Of a stretch of DNA of 64,000 nt, positions 30,833 through 38,426 are shown in pieces. The DNA is taken from IMG/VR virus record IMGVR_UViG_3300042308_001049, positions 1 to 64,000 of that record, one strand, 5' to 3'. The stretch is from a virus. Within the stretch, counting starts at the first letter, position 1. Each line of letters begins with the position of its first letter. The position numbers were made by a program, and so were the translations under genes. Under the pieces are notes generated by a model. That model had not been told where the DNA came from. It did no database searches and saw nothing but the letters and a program-made list of their open reading frames with translations.

Positions 30833-31192
30833 ATGAAAAAATCAATACTACGAGAGATAATTAAAGAAGAAATCTTTAAAGCATTAAAAGAAGTCACTAT
30901 TAGTAAAGAATATGAAACCCTTTACCTTGATGTAGATGATATTATTGATAACCTACTTAAATTAGAAGGAGTCACTATAGATAATGTAGATGGCATTGCC
31001 ACTAAATTATTTGGAGTTGATCCACAAGAAAATCCAGAGGCTTACGATGTTAGGTTTGATTATAAAAATGGGACTATAGATTATAGACCATTAAAGCCTA
31101 CCCTAAAAGGTGAAACTTTTCTTGAGACCTTAATGGATACATACGAGAAAAAATATAAATCTGATTTATTCTCCCCAGAAAAACCATACTAA
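30833..31192 (+). CDS. Hypothetical protein with LREIIKEEI N-terminal motif
   Basis: 119 aa; ATATTTAT 4 nt upstream. Confidence 0.75.
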   Translation: MKKSILREIIKEEIFKALKEVTISKEYETLYLDVDDIIDNLLKLEGVTIDNVDGIATKLFGVDPQENPEAYDVRFDYKNGTIDYRPLKPTLKGETFLETLMDTYEKKYKSDLFSPEKPY

Positions 31193-31427
31193 CGGGTTTG
31201 GCTACCTAAAATATCTATCATACATTTAGATAAATAAAAAGTAAATAAGATATGAGTAATTCAAATGTACCCTTACATTATCTAATACTTAAAAAAATTC
31301 TATTCATTATATTTGGATGGAGATAAAAAAAGTTCAAACTTTAAGCTTTTTATTAACACCTCCCCATCCCAATATCCGTATATACGACCCTCCAATAGGA
31401 GGGTTGTTTTAACTCCATTTTAAAACC

Positions 31428-31640
31428 ATGGCTCGTAAAAAACGTCAACAGTGTCAAATTAACCAAAAACGTTATGATAAAACGATATTATACGAGAATA
31501 AAACATGGCATGTAGTACATGAGCAAGATGGTTTATCATTTGCTGTTCAAGAAATAAGGAAAGGAGTAGTTGGTGGTAGAGTATTTCCATTTGCCCCTAA
31601 AGGCTTGGCTACTCAAAGAACAGATGTTATATTCATATAA
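31428..31640 (+). CDS. Hypothetical protein
   Basis: 70 aa; C-terminus encoded by next promoter repeat. Confidence 0.65.
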   Translation: MARKKRQQCQINQKRYDKTILYENKTWHVVHEQDGLSFAVQEIRKGVVGGRVFPFAPKGLATQRTDVIFI

Positions 31641-31658
31641 ATTAAAAAACAAGTAGTT

Positions 31659-31817
31659 ATGTTTGAAGCTAAGGTAGGTTATGATGCGGGTAATGGTGAA
31701 ATGTTTGTAGACCAAACCCAGGTATTTGAAACCGAGACAGAAGCAGAAGATTGGCTTGAATTTATGATGAACATGAGTTCAGATTATGATGTGGTTGAAA
31801 TCAATAAAATCAATTAA
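31659..31817 (+). CDS. Acidic 52 aa early protein
   Basis: MFEAKVGYD...; own promoter at 31604 and GTTATG leader. Confidence 0.7.
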   Translation: MFEAKVGYDAGNGEMFVDQTQVFETETEAEDWLEFMMNMSSDYDVVEINKIN

Positions 31818-31818
31818 A

Positions 31819-31911
31819 ATGCATACTCAAATAATTTTACTAACAATAGTAGGAATATTGGTGCTATTGGGAGTGTATGGAATCGATTGGAATAAAACAA
31901 AAACAAAATAA
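31819..31911 (+). CDS. 30 aa membrane peptide
   Basis: MHTQIILLTIVGILVLLGVYGIDWNKTKTK. Confidence 0.45.
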   Translation: MHTQIILLTIVGILVLLGVYGIDWNKTKTK

Positions 31912-31915
31912 CAAT

Positions 31916-32140
31916 ATGAATAACAATAATAACAATACCCAGCAACTCGATTACACGTATGAGGAACTTCAGGGTAAAGTAGTAATACTCTCACTATTGG
32001 AGGACGACGGAGAAGGAGGATACGATGAGAATAAAGAGTTCATCGAGGTACTATCTAAAAACGATTATGAGGACCTAGAACAAACGGTAGCCGAGTATCG
32101 AGAACAGGGAGTATTGGATGAGTATTATGTTGTGAAATAA
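31916..32140 (+). CDS. Acidic hypothetical protein
   Basis: MNNNNNNTQQ...; D/E-rich. Confidence 0.65.
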   Translation: MNNNNNNTQQLDYTYEELQGKVVILSLLEDDGEGGYDENKEFIEVLSKNDYEDLEQTVAEYREQGVLDEYYVVK

Positions 32141-32149
32141 TAACACCGG

Positions 32150-32805
32150 AATTTAACGCGTACGTACGTAGTACGTACGTGGTACTGATGTACTGATGTG
32201 TGTAAAGTGTGTGTGGGGTGCTGGGAAAACTAGCACCCCATATCTATGGATTTAAGTAGATAATGAGATATAAAGATAATTAGATAATAATATAGGAAGA
32301 TAATAATATAAGTAGATACAAATGTGGTCTGCTACATATAGATGTATATTGGGAGATAAGGAGATACGGATGTGTGTGGAAAACGGGCGGACGAGTGGGT
32401 GGGGTGAGGGGTGGGGGGAGTGAACCCCCTCAACATGCACAAGCCAAGCCTTAGTCTCGATAAGAGATATAAGGATATATCAAAAAATGATAAAAGTTTT
32501 GACAGGGTTTGTTTGGCTTCCCCATCTCTTTTGACATTCTTTTGACAGAGTTTTGACAAAGTTTTAAAAAAAGAACAAAAAAAGCTGACAAAGGGGTTTT
32601 ACCCCCGGGGGATCTTCTGGGGGAGGGGGAGATCTTTCCACGCGATAGGCAAACCCTGTCCACCCCTATGGTTAATAGGCAAGATCTATCACCATTTTTT
32701 TGACATTCTTTTGACAGAGTTTTGACATTTTGTTTGGCCCCCTAAGAAATCTTTATTATCTTTATATTGGGGAAACCTACCCCGGGGGGGGGAGAGGAAA
32801 GTAGG
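32150..32805. other. Non-coding block, candidate origin or genome-end region
   Basis: TACG palindrome (32159-32179), 11-bp hairpin (32214-32240), AGATA repeats, G4 motif (32397-32418), phased TTTTGACA repeats, IR GACAGGGTTTG/CAAACCCTGTC. Confidence 0.55.
32529..32727 (+). repeat. Two identical 30-bp units, each with three TTTTGACA at 11-bp spacing
   Basis: TTTTGACATTCTTTTGACAGAGTTTTGACA at 32529-32558 and 32698-32727; extra TTTTGACA at 32497. Confidence 0.9.
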
Positions 32806-32860
32806 TTTGGCTTCGTAAGAGAGGGATGTTATATTTAGGTGTAATTAAAAAATAAATGTT

Positions 32861-33040
32861 ATGAGTATTGAAAACAGTTTCTCAGGTATCACTTTCCAAA
32901 TGGCTAAGGCGTTAGGTAAGTATCAAGGCTTTGCTCAGTTCTTGAAAGAAGGAAATGACACAATGACTAAAGAACAGATCATTGCTCGTTTAATTGAGAT
33001 TGATGAGGAGTTTGAGGCCAATGTTAAGAAAAAATCATAG
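32861..33040 (+). CDS. 59 aa early protein (paralog A)
   Basis: MSIENSF...AKALGKYQG...TKEQIIARL. Confidence 0.8.
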   Translation: MSIENSFSGITFQMAKALGKYQGFAQFLKEGNDTMTKEQIIARLIEIDEEFEANVKKKS

Positions 33041-33095
33041 GCTTGGCTACCCAAAAGATAGATGTTATATTTAGGTGTAATTAAAAATTAAGGTT

Positions 33096-33275
33096 ATGGG
33101 AAACGAATTCATCAACATGCTCCAAACAGCAATGCGTTTTGCAAGTGCATTAGGTAAGCACGAGGGTAATATCAAATTTATCCTAAATGAACAAGATAAT
33201 CTCTCCAAAGAAGATATTATTCGCTACTTACAGGAGACATATGATGAAGTAAATTCAATACTTTCTCAGGAATAA
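33096..33275 (+). CDS. 59 aa early protein (paralog B)
   Basis: MGNEFIN...ASALGKHEG...SKEDIIRYL. Confidence 0.8.
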   Translation: MGNEFINMLQTAMRFASALGKHEGNIKFILNEQDNLSKEDIIRYLQETYDEVNSILSQE

Positions 33276-33337
33276 GTTTGGCTACCCAAAAGATAGATGT
33301 TATATTTAGGTGTAATTAAAAATTAAAAATAAAGGTT

Positions 33338-33502
33338 ATGGCAAACATGAGTTATTGCAGGTTCGAAAACACTTACCACGATTTGGTAGATTGTTTTGAC
33401 AACATTTGGAGTGAAGCTGAGAATGAAAGAGATGAGCGTTACCGTCAACGAATGATTGAGTTTTTGAAAGAACGGATTGATGATATTGAAGAAATGGAGT
33501 GA
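33338..33502 (+). CDS. 54 aa early protein (NMSYCRFENT type)
   Basis: MANMSYCRFENTYHDLVDC; own promoter. Confidence 0.8.
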   Translation: MANMSYCRFENTYHDLVDCFDNIWSEAENERDERYRQRMIEFLKERIDDIEEME

Positions 33503-33562
33503 GGGGCTTGGCCCCCCACTTTTTTCTTATTATATTTAGACGTAATTAAAAATTAAATGGTT

Positions 33563-33793
33563 ATGAAGATTATTAAAGTTACAAGTCTTAAAGACAAATC
33601 ATCAATATACATAAATGTTGAACAAATAGGGCATTTTTTTAGAGTTCCTAAAAGAATGAATTACGGTCGTGTTGAGGAAGAAGAAAATACCAGAGTAGGA
33701 GTTACAACTCATAATAATGGTGGATTTTCAATAGTTGAAACTCCTGAAACATTGTTAAAGTTAATTGATAAGGTTTTGGCTCCTCAAAAGTAG
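33563..33793 (+). CDS. FlbD-like small early protein
   Basis: MKIIKVT...IYINVEQI...IVETPETL; start at GGTTATG. Confidence 0.7.
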   Translation: MKIIKVTSLKDKSSIYINVEQIGHFFRVPKRMNYGRVEEEENTRVGVTTHNNGGFSIVETPETLLKLIDKVLAPQK

Positions 33794-33829
33794 TTTGTTA
33801 TATTTAGACGTAATTAAAAATTAAAGGTT

Positions 33830-33901
33830 ATGAAAAAGCAAGCATTTGTTATCGCGGTGATCACATTTATCTCAACTGCTATTGTGTTGTACGCAAAATA
33901 A
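33830..33901 (+). CDS. 23 aa membrane peptide
   Basis: MKKQAFVIAVITFISTAIVLYAK exactly fills the space between two promoter repeats. Confidence 0.7.
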   Translation: MKKQAFVIAVITFISTAIVLYAK

Positions 33902-33958
33902 GGTTTGGCTACATTAAAAATAGATGTTATATTTAGGTGTAATTAAAAATTAAAGGTT

Positions 33959-34126
33959 ATGAAACATCCAGAGTATTCAAGAGCAAATAATGAGTATCAA
34001 GGTCGTAGTGAAGCGCCCCGTATTCCAAGAGAAGCAAGATTAGCTTTGAAACAGAGAATGATTGATTTTGGAGTGCATTTGAAGGCACTTGAAGAGAAGA
34101 TTAAGAGAGAGAAGCCAGTGTATTAA
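33959..34126 (+). CDS. 55 aa basic early protein
   Basis: MKHPEYSRAN...; own promoter. Confidence 0.78.
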   Translation: MKHPEYSRANNEYQGRSEAPRIPREARLALKQRMIDFGVHLKALEEKIKREKPVY

Positions 34127-34127
34127 G

Positions 34128-34220
34128 GTCACTTAAGAGGTAAGTGATACAGGGGGGCGGGGGCCCCCCTTTTATATTCTCCCTGGGGCTACTTACAGAC
34201 TCCTGCCTAGGGTTCCCCAC
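34128..34220 (-). ncRNA. Candidate small RNA from reverse-oriented early promoter
   Basis: Minus-strand CTTG-N20-TATATTTAGGTG (34253-34218) followed by GC-rich, ORF-less, hairpin-forming sequence. Confidence 0.5.
34151..34173 (+). terminator. Intrinsic terminator
   Basis: AGGGGGGC-GGGG-GCCCCCCT-TTT. Confidence 0.75.
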
Positions 34221-34309
34221 CTAAATATACGTAAATTTTTCCGGCAAGCCAAGCTTGGCTAACAGGGGGATTATTCGTATATTTAAATGTAATTAAAAAC
34301 GAAACGGTT

Positions 34310-34465
34310 ATGTATCATTTAAATTGCCCTTACTACAAAAAGAAGTTTGAGACCATTTATGAGTTGTTAGATGATATTGTGTTGTCAGGAATGGACCCTA
34401 ACTATACAGTATACAAAGATGGTAAGAGTGTAGGGACTAAAGCTATTCACTTAATTCAGTTTTGA
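34310..34465 (+). CDS. 51 aa early protein
   Basis: MYHLNCPYY...SGMDPNY. Confidence 0.78.
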   Translation: MYHLNCPYYKKKFETIYELLDDIVLSGMDPNYTVYKDGKSVGTKAIHLIQF

Positions 34466-34521
34466 TTTGGTTACCCAAAATATATTTTGTATATTTAAAT
34501 GTAATTAAAAATTAAATGGTT

Positions 34522-34713
34522 ATGGAAGATAATAAAGTTGTAGTAGACACAGTAATTGATTTGCTAAACAATATGGATTGTGATGGTGAAACAATGCAAT
34601 TTATACTTAAAAAAGTAGGAATGGAATGGCAGATGTTAAGGCAGTTGATGTTAACTATGCCTATAGAACAGGTAGAATATCTGATAGACGAACGGAAGGA
34701 TTTGGGTATTTAA
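34522..34713 (+). CDS. 63 aa early protein
   Basis: Own promoter; C-terminus overlaps next promoter. Confidence 0.78.
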   Translation: MEDNKVVVDTVIDLLNNMDCDGETMQFILKKVGMEWQMLRQLMLTMPIEQVEYLIDERKDLGI

Positions 34714-34752
34714 GAGAACGTTCGTATATTTAATCAAATAAAAATAATGGTT

Positions 34753-34920
34753 ATGAAAATAGGAGACAAAGTAAAGTATGATGGTGAAGCTCACCTAATT
34801 GTAAACATTGTAGATGGTTACCCAGTAGTGGTACCTATGAGTGTAATTGATGATGAGTGTTTTATCATTGAGTATGAAGGTGATGGGTGTCACGAATTTG
34901 ATTTGATCCCGATAAAATAA
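34753..34920 (+). CDS. 55 aa acidic early protein (SH3/KOW-like start)
   Basis: MKIGDKVKY... Confidence 0.75.
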   Translation: MKIGDKVKYDGEAHLIVNIVDGYPVVVPMSVIDDECFIIEYEGDGCHEFDLIPIK

Positions 34921-34926
34921 ATGGTT

Positions 34927-35145
34927 ATGAGTAAAATTAAGTTTTTAAAAGAAATGTTTATTGAATGTTGTATTGGATTTGATGATTTTGGAGATCCAAT
35001 AATGGAAGAGGAAAAAGTATTAAAAGGTGAGGAATTTGAAGTAGATATTGTTAGTGATGAAGTTGATGAAGATATTATCCAAATTCAATTTGGGAATGGT
35101 TCTGTTAGTTTTATTGATAGAAATGATATTGAAATAGAGGACTAA
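34927..35145 (+). CDS. Highly acidic early protein
   Basis: GGTTATG leader; D/E-rich. Confidence 0.78.
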   Translation: MSKIKFLKEMFIECCIGFDDFGDPIMEEEKVLKGEEFEVDIVSDEVDEDIIQIQFGNGSVSFIDRNDIEIED

Positions 35146-35222
35146 TAAAATAAGGGTGGGGAGCAGGTTTGGCTTCGCCAGAGAGGGATGTTATATTTAG
35201 ACGTAATTAAAAATTAAAGGTT

Positions 35223-35714
35223 ATGAAAGCAAAAGAAATGTCAGAAGAGGTTTATGATGAGTTGATCCGTTTGGATTACCACCGCAAAGTGAATTCAGTG
35301 TATGAAGTTAACACCTCAGTAGATTTTAGTAGTTTTGATAAAGAAACTCAAAAGGCAATTAGTACGTTTCCTGTTCTTATGTTTAATCCAGATACTGACT
35401 TAATGGATATTGAGAATCTAGATGGGGAACAGCAGTTTTATATTTTGTTTACTCGAAATAGAAACTATTTGATTGATACTCAAGGTTATACTTACCCACG
35501 TTATATTATTGGGTTGAATAACTTGAAGTTCGAAGAAGATGAAGACGACATCTACGAACGTATGGAAGGCTTGGTTCGTATTGCCGACAGTAAGATTTTT
35601 GATGAGGTAACAAAGAGTTTGGCTTTCGAATTAAATAAAGAAGACTTTGACCACGAAGATATTGTAAACTATTTGTTTATGAAGGTTCAATTAGCGCTTG
35701 GCTCACACCGATAA
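35223..35714 (+). CDS. Acidic early protein, 163 aa
   Basis: Own promoter; YLIDTQGYTYPRY motif. Confidence 0.82.
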   Translation: MKAKEMSEEVYDELIRLDYHRKVNSVYEVNTSVDFSSFDKETQKAISTFPVLMFNPDTDLMDIENLDGEQQFYILFTRNRNYLIDTQGYTYPRYIIGLNNLKFEEDEDDIYERMEGLVRIADSKIFDEVTKSLAFELNKEDFDHEDIVNYLFMKVQLALGSHR

Positions 35715-35752
35715 TTTTATTATATTTAGGTGTAATTAAAAAATAAATGGTT

Positions 35753-35917
35753 ATGAATGGAATGTTTTATGTAGTGGTTGAACAAGATGTGGCCTCAGTT
35801 GTAAATGCTAGTTTGGCTTTGACTCTCGAAATGGATCCATATTTTGATGGTGAATTGTATGGTGCTTATTCAAGTTATGAACAGGCTGCTGATCATGCCA
35901 ACCAGGTCAATCTCTAA
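35753..35917 (+). CDS. 54 aa early protein
   Basis: MNGMFYVVVE... Confidence 0.75.
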   Translation: MNGMFYVVVEQDVASVVNASLALTLEMDPYFDGELYGAYSSYEQAADHANQVNL

Positions 35918-35980
35918 AGATTGATTTGGCTACCCAGAATATTTTTGTTATATTTAAATGTAATTAAAAATTAAAAGGTT

Positions 35981-36676
35981 ATGAAAGAGCAACTGATTGA
36001 GCAAATTGAAGGTTTAAAAGCCATCAAAGAAGAAGCACGCAATAACAAGGCTATGAAAATTAGTTCTTTGTTTCATGAGGTGTTTGATTTGAAAGATGTA
36101 GAATATTCAAATCTGAATATTGGTTCTGAACGGGCTGAGTTTAGCTTCAATAATGAATATTCTGGTCAGTTTACAGTTTTGTATTACGAGACATATGGTG
36201 ATGATGAGACCAAATTAGAAGTAAGTGTACCATCATCTTACAGTGAAGATGTTTCACGTTTGATTCAGTGGGGTAAGATTGCAGAACAAATTGAATTGAA
36301 GGGTAGTGAGTTTTTAACTAAACTAAAAGTACTCCGAAACGAATATAAAGCAGGAATTGAGGTCACTAACAACATGTTGTATGAGGCTGAAACTAGATTG
36401 AAGTTTATTCAAAATAAAGAAAATGCAGTTGATTTAGAATTGACTAAAACGGCTTTGAGAACTGTAGGTCATCAATTTGAAACAGGTCATTGGGTGCAAG
36501 TAGGAGCAATGGATAGTGTTTATACTGACAGTATCCGGATTGAACAAACACCAGGTAAGAAAACATATAAAGTTCATTATGTAAACTTAGGCCGCCCGGC
36601 TACATATGAACGAGTACGAGAAATGTATATCAATAAATTGGCTCAAGAATTGGTAAATAACTCTAAAAACGCCTAA
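35981..36676 (+). CDS. Early protein, 231 aa
   Basis: Own promoter; coiled-coil segments. Confidence 0.82.
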   Translation: MKEQLIEQIEGLKAIKEEARNNKAMKISSLFHEVFDLKDVEYSNLNIGSERAEFSFNNEYSGQFTVLYYETYGDDETKLEVSVPSSYSEDVSRLIQWGKIAEQIELKGSEFLTKLKVLRNEYKAGIEVTNNMLYEAETRLKFIQNKENAVDLELTKTALRTVGHQFETGHWVQVGAMDSVYTDSIRIEQTPGKKTYKVHYVNLGRPATYERVREMYINKLAQELVNNSKNA

Positions 36677-36678
36677 CC

Positions 36679-36810
36679 ATGAACCAGCAAGAATTAACCA
36701 CCAAGTTGATTGAATTGAAATCACAGGTAACAGGCACAACACCTTACGCATACGGTTTGTTAGACGGTTTAACAATGGCAATAGAAGAAATAGAGAGTCC
36801 CCGATCATAA
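36679..36810 (+). CDS. 43 aa protein
   Basis: MNQQELTTKLIEL...YGLLDGLTMAIEEIESPRS; stop lies in anti-leader hairpin. Confidence 0.6.
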   Translation: MNQQELTTKLIELKSQVTGTTPYAYGLLDGLTMAIEEIESPRS

Positions 36811-36842
36811 CCATTTTTAATTACACCCGCGTTATGGGGACT
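36796..36842 (+). ncRNA. Hairpin complementary to the shared early leader (candidate antisense RNA element)
   Basis: AGTCCC(CGAT)CATAAC-loop CATTTTTAATTACACCCGC-GTTATG GGGACT; 36806-36827 is the reverse complement of GGTGTAATTAAAAATGGTTATG. Confidence 0.55.
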
Positions 36843-36843
36843 A

Positions 36844-36873
36844 GGGGAGCCAGGTTTGGCTCCCCACTCTTTT
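36844..36873 (+). terminator. Terminator hairpin overlapping the -33 box of next promoter
   Basis: GGGGAGCCA-GGTT-TGGCTCCCC-actctttt. Confidence 0.7.
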
Positions 36874-36909
36874 ATTGTTATATTTAGACGTAATTAAAAA
36901 TTAAAGGTT

Positions 36910-37176
36910 ATGCTGTTAGTAGAGTTTAAAGAAATGGTTAACGACGGTAAAATATTCTCCGTTGTATTTACTAAGAAGGATGGTACGATCCGAAAAATGG
37001 TAGCGCGGTTAGGGGTGCGTAAGCATCTTAAGGGAGGCGAATTGAAATACGACGCCGCTGCCCGCAATTTATTGCCTGTATTTGATATGGAGAAAGAAGA
37101 ATATCGTATGATTAATGTTTCAACCATACAAGAAATTAAAGTGGGTGGTGCTAAGATTGATTTGGCTACGCTATAA
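36910..37176 (+). CDS. SH3/Sm-like beta-barrel protein (DUF2693/WYL-like)
   Basis: FSVVFTKKDGTIRKM...VFDMEKEEYRMIN. Confidence 0.75.
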   Translation: MLLVEFKEMVNDGKIFSVVFTKKDGTIRKMVARLGVRKHLKGGELKYDAAARNLLPVFDMEKEEYRMINVSTIQEIKVGGAKIDLATL

Positions 37177-37215
37177 TTTGATGTTATATTTAGACGTAAT
37201 TAAAAATTAAGTGTT

Positions 37216-37461
37216 ATGAAAAAAGTGCAGTTTAAAAGTGACGTTTATGGTTTCGTTTACGATTCAGTTTATGGCGAAGTTAGTAAAGTGTTTAATACAC
37301 CTTTAAATGAATCAGAATTAGAATTAATTGAGAGTGTATTAAGTGAAGATGATTGTATTTTCACAGATATTGATTCAGTAAATGCAGTGTTTGAATTTGA
37401 TGAGAATAGTTTGGAGTGTGATGTTGAGGGTTTGAATACAGTATTAGAGTACGCAGAATAA
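37216..37461 (+). CDS. Highly acidic early protein
   Basis: 81 aa; own promoter. Confidence 0.8.
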   Translation: MKKVQFKSDVYGFVYDSVYGEVSKVFNTPLNESELELIESVLSEDDCIFTDIDSVNAVFEFDENSLECDVEGLNTVLEYAE

Positions 37462-37470
37462 AATAAAAAC

Positions 37471-37507
37471 AAAGGTGGTGATGAGCTTGGCTCACGCCAC
37501 CTTTTTT
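37471..37507 (+). terminator. Terminator/promoter hybrid, near-duplicated at 37822-37858
   Basis: AAAGGTGGTG-A-TGAGC-TTG-GCTCA-CGCCACCTTT-TTT. Confidence 0.75.
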
Positions 37508-37542
37508 ATTATATTTAAACGTAATTAAAAAATTAAAAGGTT

Positions 37543-37812
37543 ATGAAAATGATTGATTTAAATGTTGCTTTTAGAGAGGCGATGGATGTAGCATCTTATG
37601 AAGATGTATTGGGTATTATAGAGAGTTATGAGGATGAAAGTATATTAGATGACTTTAAACTTGAGTTTGTTGAAGGTGAAGATATTAGTAAAGATGACTA
37701 TAGTTACTTCTCTATTAGTTTGATAGATGATATAAGTGAAGTTGGTTATATACAGGCCAATTGGATTTATATTTGGGATAAGGATATTTTTGAAAAGACT
37801 GAGTTACTTTAA
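37543..37812 (+). CDS. Highly acidic early protein
   Basis: 89 aa; flanked by ~70-bp direct repeats. Confidence 0.8.
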   Translation: MKMIDLNVAFREAMDVASYEDVLGIIESYEDESILDDFKLEFVEGEDISKDDYSYFSISLIDDISEVGYIQANWIYIWDKDIFEKTELL

Positions 37813-37891
37813 AATAAAAACAAAGGTGGCGATGGGCTTGGCTCACGCCACCTTTTTTATTATATTTAACCGTAATTAAAAATTAATGGTT

Positions 37892-38152
37892 ATGAAAGCA
37901 AAAGGAATTAAAGCAATGATGACGTTGCTGGAGAAGAAGGGTTGCAAGGTGTGTGGCACCACAGAGGATTTTTACGGCCGCCATAACAGCACACCAGGCG
38001 TTTGGATCGCAGCAGACCACACACCTGAATTGTTCAACTACTGGAGTTCAAATGGAGTATTGATTAGTGGTAAGTTGAATAGGGCAGTTCAGAAAGCCGG
38101 ATGGTGGTTTGAGTGGCACGATCCAGGAACGATTATGGTATGGCCACACTAA
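37892..38152 (+). CDS. Early protein
   Basis: GWWFEWHDPGT C-terminal motif. Confidence 0.8.
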   Translation: MKAKGIKAMMTLLEKKGCKVCGTTEDFYGRHNSTPGVWIAADHTPELFNYWSSNGVLISGKLNRAVQKAGWWFEWHDPGTIMVWPH

Positions 38153-38231
38153 CCAGGGTGGGGAGCCGGTTTGGCTCCCCGCTTATTTTTTGTTATATTT
38201 AGATGTAATTAAAAATTAAAAACAAAAGGTT

Positions 38232-38426
38232 ATGACAGTTCAAGAATTGATTGATAAGTTGAGTCAGGTTAAAAACAAAAACTTAGAAGTAGTAGTTCAG
38301 GTTACTGACCCAACAGATTGGGAGTACAACAACTCAATTGAATTTACTGAGGTTCAAAGTGTATTATTGGTTGAGGATGATGATGATGAGACTGAAGTAT
38401 TTGTAATTAATGGGGGTGATGTTTGA
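38232..38426 (+). CDS. Acidic early protein (MTVQELI type)
   Basis: 64 aa; own promoter. Confidence 0.8.
   Translation: MTVQELIDKLSQVKNKNLEVVVQVTDPTDWEYNNSIEFTEVQSVLLVEDDDDETEVFVINGGDV

Noticed and set aside
32252-32663. Minus-strand ORFs in the non-coding block (also 38674-39219)
   Set aside because: Low-complexity translations with no leader motif, opposite to the uniform + strand layout
32497-32727. TTGACA as E. coli-type -35 promoters
   Set aside because: No TATAAT at 17 bp and the 11-bp tandem phasing fits protein-binding repeats; the phage otherwise uses -33/-7 promoters
36587-36814. Minus-strand ORF MIGDSLF with a leader-like start
   Set aside because: No -7 or -33 box upstream, and it lies antisense to two plausible + ORFs; better explained as the anti-leader hairpin, though not fully excluded
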